Source of the DNA: Spirochaetia bacterium | GTDB lineage: Bacteria; Spirochaetota; Spirochaetia; WTKD01; G963693115 | Direction of reading: 5' to 3' | DNA: 64,000 bases | Assembly: GCA_965226055.1 (NCBI GenBank) | Contig: CBDDCA010000006.1 | Location: 864,001-928,000, forward strand | Shown: positions 28,840 to 40,100 of the stretch, piece after piece | Layout of the letters: every line of letters starts with the position of its first letter | How positions within the stretch are numbered: position 1 is the stretch's first letter | Made by a program: the position numbers and the translations under genes | The notes under the pieces: model-generated | What the model was told of the DNA's origin: nothing | Database searches by the model: none | The model's input: only the letters and a program-made list of their open reading frames with translations

Positions 28840-30141
28840 TTATGCTATTGCTTGTTCGTAATGTTGTAATACTGATATAATATGCTGTTGTATAATATTT
28901 TGTGCAGTCATTTTTTCGGGAGCTAAGGAGTTGATAACATTAGGAAAATATTGACTTACTAATGAAAATGGCAATGCTCTCGTTCCTAAGTGAGATAAGA
29001 GTGTGTGTACATATTCTTTCATTTCCTTTGTGTCCCAATAATATCTAATACGATCACTGAGACTATATATGCACTTGTATTGTATGTGAGAAGGAGAACC
29101 ATGATAATATTTTTTCCAATGTTTTGGATTATTAGATAAGAATTGTATAACGTTTTTTCTAAAATTACTTGGTTGTTTGGATAATAATTTATATTCAATC
29201 ATGAGTTGTTCAATATGGGCAAGATTAAACAATGCTTCTCTATATGCATAGGTGAGCCATGGTCCTACTTTTAAGATTGCATAATGGTTTTGTACCAGAT
29301 GTTTGAGTCCTATAGGGCTTTGATAATCAGTAGAATGGGCTTCAAACACTAATCTAAATGATATACATGTATTTGAGAGTTGTTTGCTTTTTTGTGGGTC
29401 ATAACAAAAAATAGTATCATCGCTAAATTCGACACCAGGTTGTACCACCATAGCTATCACCCGAGACCATGCTGCTTCAAGTCCTTTGTCAATAAATGTT
29501 TGTTTTGTAATAGCAAATGTTTGTTCTGCTGCTTCTGGACTAGTGGGGACTATGCTGTTTTCGTTTTCTGTATTTCCTCCTGGAATAGGCACTTCTGTGC
29601 CAATAATGTATACAGGAGCTTCTCCTTTGTTCGTAAGTGTATGCCATGTTTCTTCTGCTACTTTGCACAGTGTTGCTGCTCGTTGTGCTACAAGTGTGTC
29701 TCCAATTCCTTTGCCTTCTTGTATAGTATCATCGGCACATGCCATAGATGTGTCTAGGTGTATTTTTCTGTATCCTGCTTGTATGTATTCTTTTATCAAT
29801 TCACAAGATTTTTCCATAGCAATGGTACTTGTTTCATGTTGCCATGCGTTTGGTCCGAGATGATCGCCTCCTAGTAGTATCTTTTCTTTAGGGTACTTGA
29901 CGGTATCTGCAATGGTATATACATGTTGTACATAATCAGTTGGTGTCATTCCTGTGTATCCACCAAATTGGTTTACTTGGTTTGATGTTGATTCTATTAC
30001 TACAGGGTACGGTTTGTCTTTTGCCGCTGACAATACTGCTTGCAGCACTTCTCTGTTGCTACAGCATACAGAAAAAATGCCTGTGCCTTTTCCTTGTAAA
30101 TTATCTTGTAATATATTTTGTATCTGTTGTACTGGTTTCAT
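28840..30141 (-). CDS. GatZ/KbaZ family protein (tagatose-6-phosphate 4-epimerase / aldolase accessory)
   Basis: Motifs ESTSNQVNQFGGYTGMTP, GGDHLGPN, IGTEVPIPGG, VVQPGVEF, FEAHSTDYQ, LKVGP, SDRIRYYW. Confidence 0.92.
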   Translation of the reverse strand: MKPVQQIQNILQDNLQGKGTGIFSVCCSNREVLQAVLSAAKDKPYPVVIESTSNQVNQFGGYTGMTPTDYVQHVYTIADTVKYPKEKILLGGDHLGPNAWQHETSTIAMEKSCELIKEYIQAGYRKIHLDTSMACADDTIQEGKGIGDTLVAQRAATLCKVAEETWHTLTNKGEAPVYIIGTEVPIPGGNTENENSIVPTSPEAAEQTFAITKQTFIDKGLEAAWSRVIAMVVQPGVEFSDDTIFCYDPQKSKQLSNTCISFRLVFEAHSTDYQSPIGLKHLVQNHYAILKVGPWLTYAYREALFNLAHIEQLMIEYKLLSKQPSNFRKNVIQFLSNNPKHWKKYYHGSPSHIQYKCIYSLSDRIRYYWDTKEMKEYVHTLLSHLGTRALPFSLVSQYFPNVINSLAPEKMTAQNIIQQHIISVLQHYEQAIA

Positions 30142-30232
30142 AGGTAATCCTTATTATTCCTTATATATTATTACAAACATAATAGTTACTATAAGATGAG
30201 AGTGTATGTATATGCTATAAGTGTACTGCTAT

Positions 30233-30661
30233 TTATTGGGTATTGGATACTCTTTGATACCAATCTCTAATGGCTGTTGCTGCTGGTTCATCTCCATTGT
30301 CACATATGGCTAATGTTCCTCGAATTATTGTAGCAGAAAAACTTTCCATAGGAATATTAAAATCATAGCGATCTTGCATGTCCAATACTTTCACTGCTCT
30401 TCGCTCTTCAAACCAGTCCAATCTATTTTCATCATGGGTATCTTCTTTACATTCATAGCCTCCTACTACTTCAACGAGTGCTATAGGTTCTGATCCCCTT
30501 CTTATTGCAACTATATCACCTTTTTTCATTGTTCTTCGAAAATCTCGTACAATTTGTTCACTCTGATGTGAAAAACCAATGACTGAATGTGTTTTTAATA
30601 ACTCTCTTTCTCTTTCCCAGTATGGTTCATCAGGGTGTAATTGCATATGCCAAAAATTCAT
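30233..30661 (-). CDS. hypothetical protein, standalone PUA/EVE-like domain resembling McrB-type N-terminal DNA-reading domains
   Basis: Pattern FWHMQLHP...MKKGDIVAIR...IALVEV...WF..RR.VKVL; RBS GGAGG. Confidence 0.5.
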   Translation of the reverse strand: MNFWHMQLHPDEPYWERERELLKTHSVIGFSHQSEQIVRDFRRTMKKGDIVAIRRGSEPIALVEVVGGYECKEDTHDENRLDWFEERRAVKVLDMQDRYDFNIPMESFSATIIRGTLAICDNGDEPAATAIRDWYQRVSNTQ

Positions 30662-30805
30662 AATTCCTCCTAATTACTGTAATGTTCTTATATACAGTAT
30701 ACAATTATTTTGTAATTTGTAGAAACACTAAAATACTATTTTTTGTATAATAAGAGATTATGTATATGTATAAAGAGGCAATATAATGAAAGTAAGGAGT
30801 TTTAT

Positions 30806-33800
30806 ATGATGTCAAAAGTACGAAATAAGAATATGAAAAATTTTCTTGTTTTAGCATGTGTAATATATATTATCTTTTTGATAGGATGTGAAGACAGTAC
30901 TAGTAGTACTGGTGGCAGTGGTACTACTCCTGTAGCTCCGTCTGTAGTTACATTATCAAATGTGCAGATACGCCCTAGTAGTAATGATGGGACATTGGAG
31001 CTCAAGTGGGACGCTTCTGCTGAAGCTACACAAGTGTTAGTGGTAGCAACTGCATCAGGACAACCGTCAATACAAGTACGTGTTCCCTCAGTAGAATATC
31101 AATCATTATTTCAACGGGGACAGTCATTTATGCTCAAAGGACTGCGATCGGTTACTCAGTATACTATAACACTTGAAGCTCAAAAGTCAGGATCAGAATC
31201 ATCAAAAGTGGTACAGCAAGTGGTAACGCAAAGAGATACCACTAAGCCTCAGGATGAACTGATGCAGGTAGCTATAAAAAAAATAGACGATGGTATACAG
31301 CTAACATGGGATGCTGAACAATTAAAAGCAGGGCTGACCGATATAGCGCAAGCAACAATAAGAATAAAAGAAAGCAGTACTGATAAAATGATAAAGGAAG
31401 TAGTGATATCAGATGTAAGTCAAGGAACATCAGATATATCAGTACTAACAGTGGAAGGCATGCACTATGATGTAGAGGTAATACATGAGGATATAAATGG
31501 AAATGTAAGCACGGCAAAAAAAGTATTATCAGATATAGATATAGCAAATGTAGTGAAAACAGTAACAGCTCTTACAGAAAAAGATCTTGTTATGGAAGCA
31601 AAGGATAAAAACAAGAATATAGCAGATGAAAGTTTGCTTATACAGTGGGGAAGTTTTGATTTTAGCAGTGGAAAGCAATTAAGCGTAAGAGTGAGTGAGG
31701 TGCTAACAAAGGCAGTAGTGCTTGATACAAAGGTGAGTAGCAGTAGTGATGCAACACTTACTACTGCAACAGCTAAGAGCAATGGGTATAGTACATTCTA
31801 TGTAGCAAAGGATGGAATAGCACTGACAAAGTTGTATGGTACACAAGAGTATAGAGTACAAGTAGCAGTGTTTAAGAATGGAGTGTACTCTACTACAGTA
31901 GAAAAGTTGCAAAAAACAACAGACAAGATAACAGAGCCAGTTCTGAGGCTGAGTGCAACAGGAGGAGAAAATAACATAATAGTAGGCTGGGAAGCTCCGC
32001 AAGCAAAAGATTATGCAGGAGTGATTATCAGTGTAAAAGAAAAAGGCACTAGTAGAAATGTAGCTGGAACGCCTCTGCAAATAACAGATGTTACCGTGCG
32101 TACTGCAGAAGTAGCGGGATTAACAATAGATACTTTCTATACAGTGTCAGTGCAATCAGTGGATAAAGCTGGCAATAAAAGTACCATAGAAGCAGTGCAT
32201 GATATACGAACAAAGAGAGATAGAATAGCTCCTGATACAGTGAGTAATGTAGTAGTAACATATTCATTTACGCCTTCTAAGCCTACAGTAGTGACGGCAT
32301 ATATACGTTGGGATGCCCCTGATGTAAGTAAAGAAAATAATAAAGATATAAAAGAGTATAACATAGTTATCCGACAGGAAAGGGCAAGAGATGTATATAC
32401 AGGGACAATAGTATATCCTAAAGCAGAATTGAATGTTGATCTTGAAGCATCTTATGATCATGAAATATATATTAGTGCAGAAGATTATGCAGGAAATGAA
32501 AGTGATATAAAAAGAATAGCAATATTAACACCATCGCTCAGAGCTCCACAGAAAGATATTGTTACAAGGATACAGTCTGTTGTTACTGCTGCGGGGCAGA
32601 TACAAATACAAGCGAGCTTTAAGGAGGCTCCCGGAACAGGAAAGTATTATACGCTACATATGTATGATGGAACGACATTAGTGTCAAAAAAAAGCATAAC
32701 AAAGACAGATACAAGTATCACTTTTGGTATAGCAGATGGTTTAGAAATACCCAAAACGAAAGTAACAGAAAAAAAATATGGGTTTACCCTTACTGCTATA
32801 ACTCAAGGCATAATAAGTTCAGCAACCGATCTTACTCCAACTGAGTCAGATAAAATAGCGGTATATGATGCAGTTTCTACTGCACCTCCTGCTCCACAGA
32901 ATGCAGCACTACATGTGCTATCGACAACACAAGCTACAGGGGTAGCACAGTATGAGTTTAGTGTTGGAACATTTAGTAATAAGAATAAAGCTCCTAATGG
33001 AAAGCAACTTACACAAGCGCAAGCTCAATATAGAGTATATATAGTAGAAGGGGATCATAGTACTAAAACGCTGGAAGATATAAAAACCCTTGCAGGAGTG
33101 AGTATACAAACGGTAGCAGGCAAGAATAGTGTTACAAAGCATACTGTAGATTTTATAGGCAAAAAGGGAGCTGCTTATACAGTAGCAGTGGAGGCAATAA
33201 ATAGTCTTAGTCCATACTATACGGTAGCAGGAGTAAAAAACACTATCAAAACAGTAGTGATACAAGCGTCTCCTACAACACCAAAAGCAACGACCTATAG
33301 CACAAATGATGCAGTAGTATTTTCTGTGCCTGATAGCGGAGGCAATGCAGGGAAGAAAGTTATCACTGTACAGGTGAATGCTTCAGATGTAACAGGGGTA
33401 AGCAAAGCAGATAAGACAGCTCTCGCAGAGACTGATCTTGCCTACTATGTAGTATATGTAAAAAAACAAGATACAAGTAAAAAGCCCGAAAATGTGTCTG
33501 TGCTATGGGGACTCAAAAAAAGTAGTTTGAAAGTAGTAAAATATGCAAAAGCAACGGGAACAAAGAATGCTACCATAAGCATAGAAATAGTGGACAGTAC
33601 CAGTAATAGAGGTACAGGATTGACGCCTATAGAAACAGCAAAAAACTACTATATAGGAGTAAGAGTAGTCAATACGACATCTCCTGAGTATGATGCTTCT
33701 GATAGCACAAAGATATTTCCTCCTGGCTACTATAGGGATATAGCCGAAATAAAGGAAGTCTATAGTTCAATGGCAGAAGCTCCTCAGCAATCATTATTGA

Positions 33801-36259
33801 CAGGAAAGTTGGCTGTTTCACCGTCAACAACTACTGGGGCAGTAAAGCTGGTACTCACCGAGTTAAACACTTTTACTGGAGCAAAAAACTATGATGGCAA
33901 AGCTATAGCAAATAATACCCAGCTTGTATACACAGTGTACGGATTACAGAAAGACACGACTCCGACAGTAGCAGAAGTGCTTGCGGGCAGGAGAGTAGCA
34001 TTAGGCACGGCAAGTGCAAGCGGGGTGTACACTGTTGCTTCCCTTGTTAGTTTAGGTCTGTCTTCGGACTCAGTGAGCCCCATAGCTATGAAAGGAGATA
34101 CGCAATATCATTTTGTAGTAGAAGTAGCAATAAAAGCAGATCTAAGCAAAAAAGCATATGCTTTGGCAGTAGCAAGTGTTACTACTGCTTCAAAGGCCAG
34201 TGCTCCTTCAGAAGTGAGCGGTATTACAGTAAAGGTAGCAGAGAAAGGCATGGCAGTATCATGGAAAGCTCCTGTATTGGACAATAATAATGTAGCGAGC
34301 ACAGGCGATCCTCTCACTGTAGCAGAAGTTTCGTATAAGGTGTATAGTGTTGCCAAGAATGGCAGTACACAGAGGACGGTAGCACAAATAAAAGCAAGTG
34401 CTACAAGTACCAAAACAGTAGTGGCAGGAACAACACATACTGTTCTTACAGGGACTGTTGGTACATATTACGAAATAGTAGTACAGGCAATAAACAGTAC
34501 TGATGATACAAAAGTATCGGCTGGGCTACGATCAGAGTTTCAAGCACAAGCGAAAAATCCTTATGCAGCCCCCAGTTCCCCTACGATACAAGCAAGAGAA
34601 ACGATGGAAAACGGAAATACTATCAATGTAAGTATTGTTGCACCAAATGTGAAAGGAACAACAGCTGATGGGTTTACTGAATTGAAAGATGACCAGATAG
34701 GGTATACGATATATTATTATGCGTCATCGCAAATAGGAGTAGATGCGGCAACAGTAAAAGCTCAAGCGAAAGGAGCAAGCGATATAAAAATAGGAGCAGT
34801 AAAAGATGATGTGCCACTGGGAGCAAAACACTATATAATAAAAGGGCTGGATTTTAGTACACAGTATTATATTACTGTAGAAGCAGTAAACAGTCTTAAC
34901 AAGACAAAAGTGTCTCCATTATCAGCAGTGAGCAGAGTAGTAACTGCATCGTTTAGTATGAATATTTCTACCAGTAATATTACTGCTACGGTAGGAACAG
35001 CTATAAATGATATTCCTTTTACAGTACTTCCTGCTGATGCTACTTATAGCTGTTCTGGTACATTGATAAATAACTTGCAGAGAGAAACAGGGCTACAAGT
35101 GTCACTCAAGAATAAATTGGTGAACGCTATTACTGGAATGCCTAATAAATCAAATGTACATGATCCAACAATTACAAATTATAGTTATGAGTTACACTGT
35201 AGAGGAACTGGGAGTGAACATACAGGAAGAGTATCACTCACTATTGTTGTTGAAACAGACTTACAACGAATACAAGGAGAATCAGCTAAGTATTATCGAC
35301 CAACAACAAAAGCATCGTTACGAGATATTATTTATAGAGAAGCGTATGTTATTCAGGAGAAAGCTGATCCAGATCTCAATATGATAGATACAAGTGCTAT
35401 TACTACTATGGAGGGACTTTTTGAGTTTCAAAGCCAATTTAATGGACATATGTCACATTGGAACACAAGCAATGTTATGAACATGAACAATATGTTTAGT
35501 CATGCAATTGTATTTAATCAAGACATAGGGAATTGGGATGTAGGAAAGGTTACTTCTATGACAGGAATGTTTATAAATGCTAAGGCATTTAATCAAGACA
35601 TAGGAGATTGGAATGTGGAGAATGTTGCTAGTATGAGTAGTATGTTTACCAGAGCGAGTGCATTTAATCAAGACATAGGAAATTGGGATGTGGAGAATGT
35701 TGCTAACATGGATAATATGTTTGAAGAAGCGAGTGCATTTAATCAAGACATAGGGGATTGGGATGTGAAGAATGTTGAATCTATGGCAGGCATGTTTTAC
35801 AAAGCAAGTGTGTTTAATAATGCATCAAATACCAACGATATAGGGAGCTGGAATGTAGAGAAAGTTACTAGTATGAGTTCTATGTTTGAAGAAGCAAGTG
35901 CATTTAATCGGGATATAGGAAGCTGGAAAGTGAAGAAGGTTACTGATATGCGTAGTATGTTTGCTAAAGCGACTGCGTTTAATCAAGACATAGGGAGCTG
36001 GAAAGTAAATGAGGTTATATTTATGTCTTCTATGTTTAGTGGTGCGAGTGTGTTTAATCAAGATATAGGAAGCTGGAATGTAGAGAAAGTTGAAAACATG
36101 GAGAGCATGTTTGAAGATGCAAGAGTATTTGATCAAGATCTATCAAGTTGGAAAGCATGTAGTGTTTTTAATAAAAATAACCAGTTTAAGAATTCAGGTA
36201 TGGATGGTGACACAGCAAAGTACCCAAAATTTTCTGCTTCATCAGAATGCACATCCTAG
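30806..36259 (+). CDS. giant surface lipoprotein: Fn3-like repeats plus C-terminal BspA/DUF285 repeats
   Basis: RBS AAGGAG before ATG 30806; FLIG-C lipobox; C-terminal FNQDIGxWxVxxVxxMxxMF repeats. Confidence 0.85.
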   Translation: MMSKVRNKNMKNFLVLACVIYIIFLIGCEDSTSSTGGSGTTPVAPSVVTLSNVQIRPSSNDGTLELKWDASAEATQVLVVATASGQPSIQVRVPSVEYQSLFQRGQSFMLKGLRSVTQYTITLEAQKSGSESSKVVQQVVTQRDTTKPQDELMQVAIKKIDDGIQLTWDAEQLKAGLTDIAQATIRIKESSTDKMIKEVVISDVSQGTSDISVLTVEGMHYDVEVIHEDINGNVSTAKKVLSDIDIANVVKTVTALTEKDLVMEAKDKNKNIADESLLIQWGSFDFSSGKQLSVRVSEVLTKAVVLDTKVSSSSDATLTTATAKSNGYSTFYVAKDGIALTKLYGTQEYRVQVAVFKNGVYSTTVEKLQKTTDKITEPVLRLSATGGENNIIVGWEAPQAKDYAGVIISVKEKGTSRNVAGTPLQITDVTVRTAEVAGLTIDTFYTVSVQSVDKAGNKSTIEAVHDIRTKRDRIAPDTVSNVVVTYSFTPSKPTVVTAYIRWDAPDVSKENNKDIKEYNIVIRQERARDVYTGTIVYPKAELNVDLEASYDHEIYISAEDYAGNESDIKRIAILTPSLRAPQKDIVTRIQSVVTAAGQIQIQASFKEAPGTGKYYTLHMYDGTTLVSKKSITKTDTSITFGIADGLEIPKTKVTEKKYGFTLTAITQGIISSATDLTPTESDKIAVYDAVSTAPPAPQNAALHVLSTTQATGVAQYEFSVGTFSNKNKAPNGKQLTQAQAQYRVYIVEGDHSTKTLEDIKTLAGVSIQTVAGKNSVTKHTVDFIGKKGAAYTVAVEAINSLSPYYTVAGVKNTIKTVVIQASPTTPKATTYSTNDAVVFSVPDSGGNAGKKVITVQVNASDVTGVSKADKTALAETDLAYYVVYVKKQDTSKKPENVSVLWGLKKSSLKVVKYAKATGTKNATISIEIVDSTSNRGTGLTPIETAKNYYIGVRVVNTTSPEYDASDSTKIFPPGYYRDIAEIKEVYSSMAEAPQQSLLTGKLAVSPSTTTGAVKLVLTELNTFTGAKNYDGKAIANNTQLVYTVYGLQKDTTPTVAEVLAGRRVALGTASASGVYTVASLVSLGLSSDSVSPIAMKGDTQYHFVVEVAIKADLSKKAYALAVASVTTASKASAPSEVSGITVKVAEKGMAVSWKAPVLDNNNVASTGDPLTVAEVSYKVYSVAKNGSTQRTVAQIKASATSTKTVVAGTTHTVLTGTVGTYYEIVVQAINSTDDTKVSAGLRSEFQAQAKNPYAAPSSPTIQARETMENGNTINVSIVAPNVKGTTADGFTELKDDQIGYTIYYYASSQIGVDAATVKAQAKGASDIKIGAVKDDVPLGAKHYIIKGLDFSTQYYITVEAVNSLNKTKVSPLSAVSRVVTASFSMNISTSNITATVGTAINDIPFTVLPADATYSCSGTLINNLQRETGLQVSLKNKLVNAITGMPNKSNVHDPTITNYSYELHCRGTGSEHTGRVSLTIVVETDLQRIQGESAKYYRPTTKASLRDIIYREAYVIQEKADPDLNMIDTSAITTMEGLFEFQSQFNGHMSHWNTSNVMNMNNMFSHAIVFNQDIGNWDVGKVTSMTGMFINAKAFNQDIGDWNVENVASMSSMFTRASAFNQDIGNWDVENVANMDNMFEEASAFNQDIGDWDVKNVESMAGMFYKASVFNNASNTNDIGSWNVEKVTSMSSMFEEASAFNRDIGSWKVKKVTDMRSMFAKATAFNQDIGSWKVNEVIFMSSMFSGASVFNQDIGSWNVEKVENMESMFEDARVFDQDLSSWKACSVFNKNNQFKNSGMDGDTAKYPKFSASSECTS

Positions 36260-36390
36260 CCTGCACATATTGCAGAGTGATATAAGCGAATGATACAGGC
36301 ATAGTAAAGCAGGTTTTTTGTTTTCTTTATTATGCCTCATTATCTATAACAGTATAGATATTTCTTCAGCTAAGTAAGGGGAATATATGC

Positions 36391-36768
36391 TTACACTCTT
36401 TTAAGCCAGTTGGATATGATATATCCTTTCTCTACAGCTATGACTGAAAAATTGATAATATGGAGTTCGTTTGATCGTTGAGCAATATCTTCAATAAACT
36501 TCTTGACATTTTTAATATTAGTTACTAAAAATATAGCAGGTGAAAATAAAATAAAGCTACTAGCATGTTTTATGAAAATTTCACGTAAAGTAGAGCTGAG
36601 TTCTCTATCAGGATTATCTAACTCATATTCAAAAAAATAATATTTATCTTTTTGGTAATTGCTATCAATATTATTCACTACTGGGGCCCTAATTGGAGTA
36701 GGCTCTCCTTGTTGAACAAGATTACTCAGTAGCTTACCTGATCCATCAAAATGTTTTTTGTTTCTCAT
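36391..36768 (-). CDS. hypothetical protein
   Basis: 125-aa ORF in a gap between the two adhesins, on the opposite strand. Confidence 0.55.
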   Translation of the reverse strand: MRNKKHFDGSGKLLSNLVQQGEPTPIRAPVVNNIDSNYQKDKYYFFEYELDNPDRELSSTLREIFIKHASSFILFSPAIFLVTNIKNVKKFIEDIAQRSNELHIINFSVIAVEKGYIISNWLKRV

Positions 36769-36857
36769 ATACCATATCTCTCGTATCTTTTACTATATAT
36801 AATAAGTATACATTGAAAGGAGCATATACGCAAATACTGTGGTTAGATCCCCATGAG

Positions 36858-36882
36858 TTCAAGGAGTAAACGTGACAAAAAA
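36858..36882. repeat. dispersed intergenic element, degenerate inverted copy B
   Basis: TTCAAGGAGTAAACGTGACAAAAAA, 21/25 to the reverse complement of the 63.7-kb copy. Confidence 0.6.
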
Positions 36883-37027
36883 CAAAAAAGAATGCACTCT
36901 ATTCTATTTACAATTTACGATAATATGCTATTATGGATATAGAGTATCTTATATGAATATGATGATACGATATACATATTATACCTATATGGTCAAACGC
37001 AAAGAGTTACAAGCCGTGAAAAAAATC

Positions 37028-37041
37028 GGGGGGGGGGGGGG
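37028..37041. repeat. poly-G14 homopolymer (candidate phase-variation tract)
   Basis: 14 consecutive G in AT-rich DNA, 140 bp upstream of the 37181 start. Confidence 0.85.
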
Positions 37042-37180
37042 TAGCCTTTATTTCTCTCCTAATCACCCAAAGTAAGTTCATACTATTATTTATTATCAAA
37101 AATTTTCTTTGTAAGAATCCGCAAATATGGATGTGTATAAGCACATTTACGATATATTATAAGTACATAAGGAGGAGCAT

Positions 37181-40100
37181 ATGAAAAAATATGTATTGTT
37201 CTCTATAATGATACTGTCTATATATATGACAGTAGTAGTATTGATTAGTTGTGAAGAGCCTAGTAGCGGTTCATCTGGTAGTTCATCAGGGGGAAATACT
37301 GCTCCTGACGGATATGTACAGCCTGAAACAAAGGCACAGTTACTTACGCTTATCTCTGAGCAGGTAGGAAAAGATAGTAGAGCAAACTTAAATAGCATTG
37401 ATACAAGTAAGATTAGCGATATGAGTAGTTTGTTTGTCAAATATCCTACATTTAATGGCAATATATCAAAGTGGAATGTGAGTAATGTTGTGAATATGAG
37501 CAGTATGTTTGAAGGAGTAACAAGCTTTAATGGGGATATATCGGATTGGAAAGTGAGTAAAGTTACAGATATGAGCAGTATGTTCAAGCAAGCAACCGCC
37601 TTTAATGGCAATGTGTCCCAATGGGATGTGAGTGCTGTTGTAAATATGAGTAGCACATTTCAGGGAGCAGTGTTGTTTAATGCAGATATATCGAAATGGG
37701 ATATGAGTAGCGTAGCAAAGATGGATAGTATGTTTGAAGGGGCAAGAACTTTTAATCAAGATACGAAGTTATGGAATGTAGCACCATTAGTAAGTACCAG
37801 CAGTAAGAATGTGTTTAAGGATTCTGGGGTATCAAAAGAACCTCGTTGGTTGACATTAGAAGTAGCATTAAAGCCAAAAGAAATGTTGTTTGCAGTAGTA
37901 GGACAAGCACTTGATTTTTCTATTTCCCGTTACCCTGTAACAGCGACAGGGACTTTTGCGCTGACACCAGTCAATACAGGAGATAAGTTGCCTGCAGGTA
38001 TGGTGTTTGATAGAGCGACAGGAACAATAACAGCAAGTGCAGGAGCAATTAGTGCTGCATCAAAGGATGCACCGATAGAATTTACAGTTACCTTTACTGG
38101 GACAGGAGCATTTGAGAAAGCTGAGAATAGCAATGTGACAGGAACGCTCTCAGTACTCGTGCAGAATGTGCCAACGACCAAAGAAGAGTTAGTAGCAATT
38201 CTTAAGCAGATAGTGGATACCGATGGCAATGGGAGTATTGATAAAGCAACAGTGTCGTTAAATGATATTGATGTGAGTGGGATAACAGATATGAGTGGGT
38301 TATTTCATGATGAAGTGTTGAGTAAGTTTACGGGGGATATATCGGGCTGGGATGTGAGTAATGTTGTGAATATGAACAGTATGTTTCGAAGTTCGCAGTT
38401 TAATGGAGATATATCAGACTGGGATGTGGGCAAGGTGGTGGATATGAGAAAGATGTTTTATGAAGCACAGTTTACGCAAGATGTAGAAGACTGGGCAGAA
38501 CATATAGAAGGAAGAAAGGTGGACACGACAGAGGCATTCAGCAATGGGAAGGGAGGCTTGATATTTTCAGAGGAGAAGCTGCCTACATGGGCCTATATAT
38601 TTGAATTGCGCTTGAATGGATCAAAGATAGATACTGTTACGGTAGTGCAAGGAGAAAGAGTAAAGATACTGCTTGATACACAACTTCCTTCTAGTGTTAC
38701 TGGGGAGTATGCAATACATCCAGATATAGCAATGGACACAGGAGGGATAAAGTTTGACAAAGCGACAGGAACGATAAGTGGTATCCCTACGAAACAAGTG
38801 AGTAAAAAAAGCTATACCATTATGTTTATTGGCAATGGGCAGTATCAAGGGAAGAGTAAGGCGCTTGTGTTGAGGGTAGCAGTGAAGGAAAATCAGGGTA
38901 AATATACCCATTATCCTACAAGTAGAGCACAGCTGATAACAGCAATAAAAGAAAAGATGGACATAGATGGTGATAGAGTACTTGATGACATAAAAGCAGA
39001 TTTGAATACTATATTTACGAGTAATATAACGGATATGAGAGGAGTGTTTTATGAATCATCATTGAGAAGTTTTAATGGAGATATATCGAAGTGGGATGTG
39101 AGCAATGTGATGCGTATGGATGAGATGTTTCGGAAATCAAGTTTTACAGGGGATATATCGGGCTGGGATGTGAGTAAAGTTGTGAATATGAATAGCATGT
39201 TTGAAGGATCAAAGTTTAACGGGGATATATCGGGCTGGGATGTGAGTAAAGTAGCGGATATGGGAGCTATGTTTAAGGACAATACAGTGTTTAATGGCAA
39301 TATAGCAAGCTGGAAAGTAGGAAATGTGAACAATATGCATTCTCTGTTTTACAATGCACAATCATTTAATCAAGATATACGTAGCTGGGATGTGAGTAAT
39401 GTGGTGGATATGGAGAGGATGCTGTATAAAGCAATAGCTTTTGATAAGGATATATCGGGATGGGCAGTCGATAGAGTGACTGATATGCAACATATGTTTC
39501 AGGGAGCAAATAGTTTTAATCAGGATCTGGAAGCATGGAAAGAGCATATAGGAAGCAGAACAGTGGATACGACAGACATATTTAGGAATGCGGCAAATAA
39601 TGGAAATATAGTATCTTCTGAAAAGTTACCTTCTTGGGTATATGCGTTGCAGTATAGCTATAATGCGAAGGCAGTGACAGAAGTAGTAGTAGAGAAAGAC
39701 AGTAGTAGTGTTGTATTTCGTATGGCAAGAGTACCGAAAGAAGCGACAGGAGGCTATACAATAGAGCCGAATACCTTACGATTAGATACAGGGCTGACAC
39801 TTGATGCAGCGACAGGGGATATAAGCGGTGTTCCTACGAAAGCGTTGAGTAAGAAAGAATATACCATAACCTTTACTGGCACGAATGCGTATAGTGGGAA
39901 GAGAGCTAGTACATCGTTGAGTATCAGCATCAATGATTTGAGTGGCAAGAAGTATATCCCGCAAAGTAAAATAGAACTGATAGAAAACATAAAGACAGAG
40001 ATAGGATTGAATGGGAACACAGCAGATTTGAATGGAATATATACCGGGTATATAACGAACATGAGTGGAATATTTTATCATAATGTGCTGAGGGATTTTA

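Noticed and set aside
36872-37075. ORF through the G14 tract as a frameshifted 5' part of the BspA gene
   Set aside because: All three frames hit stops before 37181 or end out of frame, and the BspA gene has its own RBS and signal peptide
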